A DNA stretch of 44,082 nt from Pseudomonadota bacterium (GTDB lineage Bacteria > Pseudomonadota > Gammaproteobacteria > Burkholderiales > Burkholderiaceae_C), in the NCBI GenBank assembly GCA_021812315.1, contig JAKANU010000001.1:1-44082 (forward strand), in the 5' to 3' direction. Within the stretch, counting starts at the first letter, position 1, and each line of letters opens with the position of its first letter. The position numbers were made by a program, and so were the translations under genes. Positions 17,639 to 26,000 of this stretch are shown piece after piece. The notes below the pieces were generated by a model. That model was given only the letters and a program-made list of their open reading frames with translations, was not told the DNA's origin and did not search any database.

Positions 17639-17656
17639 TCGCCTGAAGCAACGCGC

Positions 17657-18400
17657 ATGTTCTCGAAGATCGTGATCTTTCTGGTCTCGCCGCTGGGTGC
17701 CGCGCTTTGTTTGGGTGCCCTGGCGTTGCTGCTGGCCTGGCGCAAGTGCTTGCGCGCCGGCTTCAGGGTCGGGCTGCTGGCTCTGCTGTGGTTGTGGCTC
17801 TGGTCAACCCCGGTGCCAAGCCTGTGGCTGCGCGGCTGGATTGAGGACGAGTATTTACCGCTGCCATTGTCGGCCATTGCACCCGCGCAGGCGCTGGTGG
17901 TGCTGGGTGGCGGCGTTGCTCCGGCCACCGGTCGATCGGCCGACATCAACCTGTATGCTGCGGCTGACCGTGTTTGGTATGCGGCCAGGCTTTTTCATGC
18001 GGGCAAGGCGCCGTTGTTGCTCCTTAGCGGGGGCAGCGTGCCCGGGCGCGATCTGTTTTCGGAAGCCCGTGCCATGGCCATCTTGCTGCATGACTTGGGT
18101 GTGCCGGAGCAGGCTTTGCTGCTGGAAGAGGCCAGTCACAACACCCGAGAGAATGCGGCGTTCAGTGCGTCGTTGCTCAAGGCGCGTGGCATCGAGCGCA
18201 TTGTGCTGGTGACCTCGGCCCTGCATATGCCGCGTGCCCAGGCGTTGTTTGCCGCGCAGGGGTTGCAGGTCGTGCCCGCACCGACCGACTTTGAGGCCCA
18301 TTTGCGACCCCCTGGTCTTCAGGCCTGGTTACCCGATGCGCAGGCTTTGGAGGGCAGCGGCCGGGCGATGAAGGAATGGGTTGGCAAGTGGTCACGATGA
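17657..18400 (+). CDS. YdcF/DUF218 (ElyC-like) membrane protein
   Basis: Two N-terminal TM segments, LVVLGGG, LLSGG, EEASHNTRENA and LVTSALHMPRA. Confidence 0.9.
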   Translation: MFSKIVIFLVSPLGAALCLGALALLLAWRKCLRAGFRVGLLALLWLWLWSTPVPSLWLRGWIEDEYLPLPLSAIAPAQALVVLGGGVAPATGRSADINLYAAADRVWYAARLFHAGKAPLLLLSGGSVPGRDLFSEARAMAILLHDLGVPEQALLLEEASHNTRENAAFSASLLKARGIERIVLVTSALHMPRAQALFAAQGLQVVPAPTDFEAHLRPPGLQAWLPDAQALEGSGRAMKEWVGKWSR

Positions 18401-18413
18401 AGGTAGTGAAGCC

Positions 18414-19448
18414 ATGAACATTCTTCTTACCGGTGGCGCGGGATATATTGGCAGCCACACGTTTGTGGCGCTGGCTGCTGCGGGATTCACGCCGATGATC
18501 CTTGACGACTTTTCAAACAGCAGTGCGGATGTGTTGGCACGGCTTGAGGCGCTGACCGGTACGCCGGTGCTGTGCGAGCGAGGCGATGTGGCCGACGTGG
18601 CGCTGGTGGGCGCGCTCATCGCGCAGCACACCATCGCGGCGGTGGTGCATTTTGCGGGCTTCAAGGCGGTCGGCGAGAGTGTGGCGCAACCGCTCAAGTA
18701 CTACCGCAACAATGTGGGTGGCATTATCGCCTTGCTGCAGGCGATGGACGCGGCCAACTGCCGCACGCTGGTGTTCTCCAGCAGCGCCACCGTGTATGGC
18801 GACCCGGCTTCGGTGCCCATTACCGAAGACTTTGCGCGCAGCCACACCAACCCGTATGGCCACGGCAAGCTGGTATGCGAGGACATGCTTGCGGCGCTGG
18901 GCACGTCAAACAAGGCCTGGCGCTTTGGCGTGTTGCGCTACTTCAACCCGGTGGGGGCGCACCCCAGCGGTCTGATTGGCGAAGACCCGGCCGGTGTGCC
19001 CAACAACCTGATGCCTTACGTGGCGCAGGTGGCGGTGGGGCAGCGCGAGTTTTTGAACGTGTGGGGCAACGATTACGCCACGCCCGATGGCACCGGCGTG
19101 CGCGACTACATCCACGTGCAGGACCTGGCCGCTGGCCATGTGGCGGCGTTGCAGGCGCTGCTGCACGGCGGTGCCGGTGGCGGCAGCTTTACTGTGAATC
19201 TGGGTACTGGCAAGGGTCACAGCGTACTGGAGGTGGTGCGCGCTTTTGAGCAGGCCAGCGGCAAAAAGGTGCCGTACCGCATCGGCCCGCGCCGTGCCGG
19301 TGATGTGGCGCAGTGTTATGCCGACGCCTCGCTGGCCGCGCGCCTACTTGGCTGGCGCGCCACCCAAACCCTGCCCGACATGTGCCGCGATGCGTGGCGC
19401 TGGCAATCCAGAATCCATGGATCGCCACGACCTGCGGCCTCGCGATGA
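18414..19448 (+). CDS. galE: UDP-glucose 4-epimerase
   Basis: TGGAGYIGSH, HFAGFKAVGESV, FSSSATVYG, YGHGK (YxxxK), LRYFNPVGAH and DGTGVRDYIHV. The C-terminus runs into a repeat. Confidence 0.95.
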   Translation: MNILLTGGAGYIGSHTFVALAAAGFTPMILDDFSNSSADVLARLEALTGTPVLCERGDVADVALVGALIAQHTIAAVVHFAGFKAVGESVAQPLKYYRNNVGGIIALLQAMDAANCRTLVFSSSATVYGDPASVPITEDFARSHTNPYGHGKLVCEDMLAALGTSNKAWRFGVLRYFNPVGAHPSGLIGEDPAGVPNNLMPYVAQVAVGQREFLNVWGNDYATPDGTGVRDYIHVQDLAAGHVAALQALLHGGAGGGSFTVNLGTGKGHSVLEVVRAFEQASGKKVPYRIGPRRAGDVAQCYADASLAARLLGWRATQTLPDMCRDAWRWQSRIHGSPRPAASR

Positions 19449-19485
19449 CGGGGGTGCGATGACGGCGTAGTGCCTCGCGACGATG
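19401..19485 (-). repeat. CGTC-type REP (family B) plus degenerate tandem ends, left of brnTA
   Basis: ATGGATCGCCACG..CTCGCGATGACG (19417-19450) is the inverted copy of 20252-20280. Partial GCGATGACG-like ends at 19454 and 19474. Confidence 0.75.
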
Positions 19486-19490
19486 GGCGG

Positions 19491-19577
19491 GGTGTGCTGG
19501 TGCTTGCACTGATACCCGCGCCACCACGCCTGCTCAGCCCAGGCTGGGACAAGTCAAACCATCTCCTGGCGTTTTCG
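19491..19577 (+). pseudogene. VanZ-family gene fragment
   Basis: Reads GVLVLALIPAPPRLLSPGWDKSNHLLAFS. DK..H..AF is the VanZ N-terminal motif. The rest of the gene is missing. Confidence 0.65.
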
Positions 19578-19614
19578 GGGCAGCACCTTCGCGCCATACC
19601 AAGTGGCAGGATGG

Positions 19615-19635
19615 TGTACATTATGGTAATATACA
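19615..19635 (+). promoter_or_regulatory. Putative BrnA operator
   Basis: Imperfect palindrome TGTACATTA-TGG-TAATATACA, 3 bp upstream of the brnT ATG. Confidence 0.55.
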
Positions 19636-19638
19636 AAA

Positions 19639-19938
19639 ATGATTGACCTGAGCAAGCTGACCGGGTTCAACTGGGATGATGGCAATACCCGAAAGAACGA
19701 AAAGCACGGCGTCTCGATGGCCGAGGCCGAACAAGTATTCTTCAACGCTCCCTTGCTGATATTGGAGGATGGAGCCCACAGTCAAGAAGTACCGCGGCTT
19801 CACGCTTTGGGTCAGACGGACGACGGGCGAAGGCTGCACATCAGCTTCACCCTGCGCCAGTCCCAAAGTTTGATTCGTATCATCTCGGCCCGGGACATGC
19901 ATCGAAAGGAGCGCGTCAGTTATGAACAAGCCGACTAA
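19639..19938 (+). CDS. brnT: BrnT family ribonuclease toxin
   Basis: GFNWDDGN..NEKHGVS..EAEQVF..RIISAR..KER motifs. Confidence 0.9.
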   Translation: MIDLSKLTGFNWDDGNTRKNEKHGVSMAEAEQVFFNAPLLILEDGAHSQEVPRLHALGQTDDGRRLHISFTLRQSQSLIRIISARDMHRKERVSYEQAD

Positions 19939-20188
19939 GGTCACCCCAAAGTTCGCCAATGAAGCGCAAGAGCGCGCGTTTTGGGAAGCGAATGATTCCG
20001 CTGAGTACCTTGACTGGTCGAAAGCCCGCAAGGTAACTCTTCCAAACTTGAAGCCCACGACCAAGACGATTTCGCTGCGTTTGCCCCAGCATCTGCTCGA
20101 TTCCATCAAAGCCGCCGCGAACGCCCGTGATGTGCCCTATCAATCGCTGATCAAAGTCTGGTTGAAAGAGAAGTTGCACAGTCACTAG
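19922..20188 (+). CDS. brnA: BrnA/CopG-family antitoxin (RHH)
   Basis: PKFANEAQERAFW..KTISLRLP..DVPYQSLIKVWL. Overlaps brnT. Confidence 0.88.
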   Translation: MNKPTKVTPKFANEAQERAFWEANDSAEYLDWSKARKVTLPNLKPTTKTISLRLPQHLLDSIKAAANARDVPYQSLIKVWLKEKLHSH

Positions 20189-20205
20189 CGTCGCACACTC
20201 GGGGA

Positions 20206-20324
20206 GTCATCGCGGCGCCACTTTTCACGGTTATCGCGACCCACACCGGTTGTCATCGCGAGCGGAGCGTGGCGATCCATGCCTTCATGTGGATTGCCGC
20301 GTCGCTTTGCTGGTTGCAATGACG
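20206..20324 (+). repeat. CGTC-type REP doublet hairpin (family B) with two partial tandem starts
   Basis: GTCATCGCGAGCGGAGCGTGGCGATCCA (20252) pairs with TGGATTGCCGCG..GCAATGACG (20290-20324). Extra GTCATCGCG at 20206 and GTTATCGCG at 20230. Confidence 0.8.
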
Positions 20325-20352
20325 GACCTTCCTTCTCAGTGACGGGGATGGG

Positions 20353-23061
20353 TCAGGCGCCAAACACCACGCGCCACAGCGTCAGCACGGCGTCGCGTTC
20401 GGCTTGCAACTCGGTGGCGGGGACGTGCGTGGGTTCCTCGTTGAGGCGGGCGCGGTGTTGCACGCGGCGCAGTTCGCGGTAGGCGTTGGCCGCGGCGTGG
20501 CCCACGCCCGGAGGTAGCAGCGCGGCGGCCTCGGCGCGTTCGAGCAGGGCGATGTTGCCCAGGTTGTCGATCAGCTGCGGGTGCGCTGCTGACTGCGAGA
20601 GCACCAGATACTGGGTGGCGAACTCGACGTCGATCATGCCCCCGGCGCTGTGCTTGACATCAAAGCGAGCCGTGTTGCCCGTGCCCTTGATCGGATGCGC
20701 GGCGCGCACACGCTCGCGCATGGCGACGATCTCGTGCTTGAGCGCGGCGTTGTCGCGCCCGGCGCTGATGACGGCTTGGCGCACCGCGTCAAAGCGCTGG
20801 CGCAGCGCCTCATCGCCGAGGACGAATCGGGCCCGCGTCATGGCCTGGTGTTCCCAGGTCCAGGCGGTGTTGCTGCCGCGCTGTTGCTGGTAGTGGGCGT
20901 AGGCGTCGAAGCTCGTGATCAAGAGGCCGGAGTTGCCGTTGGGGCGCAGGGCGGTGTCGATTTCGTAGAGGTCGCCCTCGCCGGTCTTGACGGTGAGCCA
21001 GTTGATGAGCTTGCGCACCAGCGCGCCGTAAGTTTCCTGCGCCATCTCGTGCTCGTCGTGGTAGACGAAGACGATGTCGAGATCGCTGCCGTAGCCGAGC
21101 TCCTTGCCACCGAGTTTGCCGTAGGCGATGATGGCAAATTGCGGCGTTTCGCGATGCCGGCTTTTCAGGCGGCTCCAGCACCAGCGGGTGGTGACGCGCA
21201 GCACCGCGTCGGCGAGTGAACTCAGGTCGTCGGCGACCTGTTCGACGCTGAGTTTGCCCTCCACATCGCGAGCGAGGGTGCGAAACACTTCCGCATGGTG
21301 TGCGCGGCGCAACAGGTTGAGCAGTACTTCATCGTCGTCCTCGCCGCCACTGGCCAGCGCGACGCGGCGGGCGTCGAGCTCGCGCTCGAAATCTGCGGAG
21401 TTGAAGCGCTCGTCGAGCAGGGCCGCGCCAGCGAGTTCGTCGATCACGCCCGGATGCTGCAGGAGGTAGCGTGCCGGCCAGCGCGCGGCGCCGAGCATGT
21501 GCAGCAGCCGCTCGTGCACGCTGGGGCGCTCCAGCAGCAGTGCTAGGTAGCTTTCCCGGCGCAGCAGTGGCTCGATCCAGTCGGCCAGGCACACCGCTGC
21601 GTGCTCGCTGATGCGTCCTTCTCCGATCCACTGGGCGGTGCGCCAGAGCAGGCGCAACAGGCGCAGGCGTGAGTCCTCGCGCAGCCCGAGCACGCGCGGG
21701 TGCGCGCGCCAGGGCGCCACGCGCGCGCGAAAGTCGGCGCTCAGGCGCTCCAGCAGGTCGTCAAAGCTGTGTGGCGCGGCATTCCTGGGCGGCCCGTTGC
21801 AAGCCTTGCATTCGCTCTCGGCACCGCCGAGCAGAGCGTCAAATTCCTGCGCCACGAATTCGCGGTGCATGTCGAGCTCGCCAAGTAGTTGCGAGGTGCT
21901 GGCGCGACCCATGGTGGCGGCAATCCAGGCCAGGTCGGCGTCGGCGCTGGGCAGCACGTGGGTCTGCTGGTCATCGAGGTACTGGATGCGGTGTTCGACG
22001 CGGCGCAGGAATTCATACGCCTGCGCGAGCGACTGAGCCGCTGCTTCGGGCATCAGACCAGCCTTGACCAGACGTTGCAGCGCGCTGAGCGTGGGGCGCG
22101 TGCGCAATTCCGGAAACTGGCCGCCGCGCACCACCTGCAGCAGTTGCACGATGAATTCAATTTCGCGGATGCCGCCGCGCCCGAGCTTGACGTCGTTGGC
22201 GCGCTCGGGGTGGCCGCTGCTGCGTTTGCTGGCATGGTCGCGGATCTGCCGGTGCAGCACGCGCAGCGAGTCAAACACGCTGTAGTCGAGGTAGCGGCGA
22301 AAGACAAACGGCAAGACCACGTCGCGCAGGTCCTGGGCGACGGCGTTGTCGGGTGCGCCCAGGCGCGCCACGACGCGGCTCTTGAGCCAGGCAAAGCGCT
22401 CCCACTCGCGGCCCTGAACATGAAAATATTCTTCCAGCGCGCCCAGCGAGACCACCGGCGGGCCCGAGTTGCCGTTCGGGCGCAGCGCCAGGTCAACGCG
22501 AAACACGAAGCCGTGTTCGGTGCTGTCGCCAATCAGGGTGTACAGCGCGCGTACCGCCTTGGCGAAGTATTCCTGGTTGGAAATCCGGCCCCGGCCCTGT
22601 GCGTCGCCGACAGTTTCGCCGTCTTCGTCGTAGACGTAGATCAGGTCGATGTCGCTTGAGACATTGAGCTCGCGCGCGCCGAGCTTGCCCATGCCAACGA
22701 CCCAGAGCTGGGCGCGGCTGGCGTCGGCGCGCAGTGGTGCGCCGTAGCGCTGGTCGAGTTCGCACTGCGCCTGCTGGCACGCCCGCGTCAACGCAAACTC
22801 GGCCAGGTCGGTCATCGCCTGGGTGACTTGTTGCAGGCTGGCCTGACCCTGGCAGTCCAGACTCAGCAAACGCTCGAGCACGAGCTGACGGGTGATGCGC
22901 AAAGCCACGCCGACGTCAGGGTTGCTGGCCAGCAGCGCGTCAAAGGTTTGGGCCAGCGTGGCCGGATCGGGCACGCCCGGGGGCAGCAGTTGCAGCTGGC
23001 TCTGATAGCGACGGCGCACGCGTTGCGACCAGCGCGACTGCTCCGGCACCGGGCCGGTCAT
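20353..23061 (-). CDS. glnE: Bifunctional glutamine synthetase adenylyltransferase / deadenylase
   Basis: Two nucleotidyltransferase repeats: GMGKLGARELNVSSDIDL and AYGKLGGKELGYGSDLD. VKLGRGGIREIEF. Start at 23061 (AGGA upstream) or 23073. Confidence 0.95.
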   Translation of the reverse strand: MTGPVPEQSRWSQRVRRRYQSQLQLLPPGVPDPATLAQTFDALLASNPDVGVALRITRQLVLERLLSLDCQGQASLQQVTQAMTDLAEFALTRACQQAQCELDQRYGAPLRADASRAQLWVVGMGKLGARELNVSSDIDLIYVYDEDGETVGDAQGRGRISNQEYFAKAVRALYTLIGDSTEHGFVFRVDLALRPNGNSGPPVVSLGALEEYFHVQGREWERFAWLKSRVVARLGAPDNAVAQDLRDVVLPFVFRRYLDYSVFDSLRVLHRQIRDHASKRSSGHPERANDVKLGRGGIREIEFIVQLLQVVRGGQFPELRTRPTLSALQRLVKAGLMPEAAAQSLAQAYEFLRRVEHRIQYLDDQQTHVLPSADADLAWIAATMGRASTSQLLGELDMHREFVAQEFDALLGGAESECKACNGPPRNAAPHSFDDLLERLSADFRARVAPWRAHPRVLGLREDSRLRLLRLLWRTAQWIGEGRISEHAAVCLADWIEPLLRRESYLALLLERPSVHERLLHMLGAARWPARYLLQHPGVIDELAGAALLDERFNSADFERELDARRVALASGGEDDDEVLLNLLRRAHHAEVFRTLARDVEGKLSVEQVADDLSSLADAVLRVTTRWCWSRLKSRHRETPQFAIIAYGKLGGKELGYGSDLDIVFVYHDEHEMAQETYGALVRKLINWLTVKTGEGDLYEIDTALRPNGNSGLLITSFDAYAHYQQQRGSNTAWTWEHQAMTRARFVLGDEALRQRFDAVRQAVISAGRDNAALKHEIVAMRERVRAAHPIKGTGNTARFDVKHSAGGMIDVEFATQYLVLSQSAAHPQLIDNLGNIALLERAEAAALLPPGVGHAAANAYRELRRVQHRARLNEEPTHVPATELQAERDAVLTLWRVVFGA

Positions 23062-23088
23062 AATTCCTGTCATAGTTACCCGTTCTCC

Positions 23089-26000
23089 ATGCCGCACGCG
23101 AGCCCCGTTCCATCATCGAAGCTGCACCTGCTGGCACGCCTTGCCCGCTGGGCGCTTGGTCTGACGTTGGCGGCATGGTTCATCTTCGCAGTCACCTGGG
23201 CCGCGCTGCATTGGTTGATTGTGCCGCGAATCGGCGAATTGCGCCCGTGGCTGGAGGTGCGGGCCACGCGGATGCTGGGCGTGCCGGTGCGCATCGAGGC
23301 GATCGCCGCCAAATCGAGCGGCATGATGCCGTCGTTCGAACTCACCAACATTGAACTCTTTGATGCGCAGGGCCGCGCCGCCTTGCGCTTGCCGCGGGTG
23401 CTGGCGGCGTTGTCGCCACGCTCGATCCTGCGCCTGGGGTTTGAACAACTGTATGTGGACAGCCCGCAACTCGACATCCGCCGCGACAAGGCCGGCCGGA
23501 TCCTGGTGGCAGGTTTTGAGGTCTCGGGCAGTGCCGAGGCCGGGCCGGAGGCCAGCGACTGGCTCTTCTCGCAGATCGAGTTTGCGATTCATGACGGCAG
23601 TGTGCTGTGGACGGACGAACTGCGCGACGCACCACCGCTGGCCCTGGGTGGTGTGGAACTGGTGCTGCGCAATGACCTGCGCGGGCACAAGCTGCGCCTG
23701 GATGCGACGCCGCCGCCCGCCTGGGGTGAGCGCTTTAGCCTGCGGGCGATATTTGCCCAGCCGCTGCTCTCGCGCCACAGCGGGCGCTGGCAGGATTGGG
23801 ATGGCCAGATGTATGCGCAGTTTGCCCGGGTTGATCTGTCCGAATTGCGCCGCTATGCCGACATCGGCGTGAGTTTGCAGCAGGGCCACGGCGCCATGAC
23901 GGCCTGGGTCGACATCCGCCGCGCCCGGGTCCAGGGTGCGCTGGCCGATGTGGCGCTAGGCGCGGTCAGCGTCACGCTGGGTTCCGGCCTGCGGCCACTG
24001 GAGTTGCAGTCGGTGCGCGGACGCCTGGGGGTGCGTGCCCTGGCCGCAGGGTTCGAGTTTTCTACTCAGGCCCTGGAATTTGAGACGCGCGAGGGTCTGC
24101 GTTGGCCCGGCGGCAATGTCAATGTGCGTTATCTCGGTGCCGAGGGGCGGGTGGCGGCGAGCGGCGAGGTCAAGGCGGATCGCCTCGATCTGGCCGCGTT
24201 ATCGCAGATTGCCGACCGGCTGCCGGTGGACCCGGCGCTGCGCACGCTCCTGGCGGCACACATGCCCCGTGGTCTGGTGGAGCAGATCGAGGCGCGCTGG
24301 CAGGGACCGGCGCAGGCGCCGGTGAGTTACGACGTCAGGGGCCTGGTGCGCGGGCTTGAGTTGGCGCCGGCGTCGGGCCTGCCCGGCGTTGCCGGGGCAC
24401 GGGTCGAGTTCGACTTCAACCAGTCGGGCGGTCGCGCCAGCGTGGACGTGGCCGACGGTCGGCTGGCCCTGCCCGAGGTTTTTGAAGAAGCGCAGGTACC
24501 GGTGGCGCAACTCTCGAGCGACGTGCGCTGGCAAATTCTGGGCGAACGCATCACGCTGCAGATGCCGAACCTGAAATTCAGCAATGCCGACGCCCAGGGG
24601 CAGGCACAGCTCAAGTGGGAGACCAGCGACCCGGCCAAGTCGCCCGCGCACGCACGCTTTCCCGGTGTGCTGGATCTGCAGGGCACATTGAGCCGCGCCA
24701 ACGGCACGCGCGTGTATCGCTATCTGCCGCTGGTGGTTCACAAATCGGTGCGCGACTATGTGCGCGACGCGGTGCAGGCAGGCAGCGTGAGTGCGGCACG
24801 TTTCAAGGTGCGCGGTGATTTGCACAACATGCCGTTTACCGACCCGAAGCTTGGCGAGTTCCGGATTGCTGCCGATGTGCAGAACGCCAGCTATGCCTAT
24901 GTGCCGCGCAGCCTGCAGCCGCACGAGGCCCTGCCTTGGCCGGTGTTGACGCAACTCAGCGGCGAACTGGTCTTTGAGCGCGCGCAGATGCGCGTCAAGG
25001 ACGCGCGCAGCAGGATCGGCACCGGCGCGAACCTGCAGGCAAGTCATGTGCAGGCGCTGATCGCTGATCTAAAGGAGCCGGTGGTCACGGTGGAGGCCCA
25101 ACTGGGCGGCCCGCTTGGCGAGGCGCTGGCGCTGGTCAACGGTTCGCCGATCGGCGCGCTGAGCGCGCATGCGCTGGCACGCGCCAGCGCCGCCGGTGTG
25201 GCGCAATACAAGCTGGCGCTGACGCTGCCGATAGCCGCTCTGGAGAAGTCGCAGGTGCGTGGCAGTGTGCTGCTCTCGGGCAACGAACTGCAGATGACAC
25301 CGGAGACACCGCGGCTGAGCCGCGCCCGCGGCACGGTCAATTTCTCGGAGAGCGGGTTTTCCATTGTGGGTGGGCAGGCGCGAATGCTTGGTGGCGACGC
25401 ACGCATCGAGGGCGGCTCCGTGGCGACGCCGGGAGCGGCGTCACCGTTGATACGTGCCAGCGGCAGCGTCTCGGCCGAAGGACTGCGTCAGGCCCGGGAG
25501 CTGGGGTTTGTGGCACGGCTGGCGCGCGGGGCCAACGGGACCGCAGCCTACAGTGCTGTGCTTGGGTTCAGGCGCGGCGAGCCCGAGCTGAACGTGACGA
25601 GTACGCTACAGGGACTGGCGCTGGGGCTGCCCGCGCCGTTGAACAAGAGTGCCGAGAGCAGCCTGCCGCTGCGCCTGGAGACGGCGCTGGTGCGCGAGCC
25701 GGCAGCGGGCGCGCCGGGGGCAGCGTTGCGGCTGCGCGACCAGTTCAATCTTGAGCTGGGGCGTGTGCTCTCGATCGCGTATTTGCGCGATCTGTCTTCG
25801 GGCGAGCCGCGGGTGCTGCGTGGCAGCGTTGGCGTGGGTCTGAACCCGCAGGAGTCGGCGCCGATGCCCGAGGAGGGGGTCGCGGCGAACATCAATCTGA
25901 ACAGTTTTGACATCGACGCATGGAGCGAACTGCTCTCGCAGGCGGCGCGTACACCCCTGGGGGTGGTCAGTGCCAACAGCACGCCGCTGAGCTATTTGCC

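Noticed and set aside
20206-20262. GTCATCGCG recurring at about 23-bp spacing as a possible CRISPR array
   Set aside because: The repeats are too short and degenerate, there are no proper spacers or cas genes, and they match REP ends.
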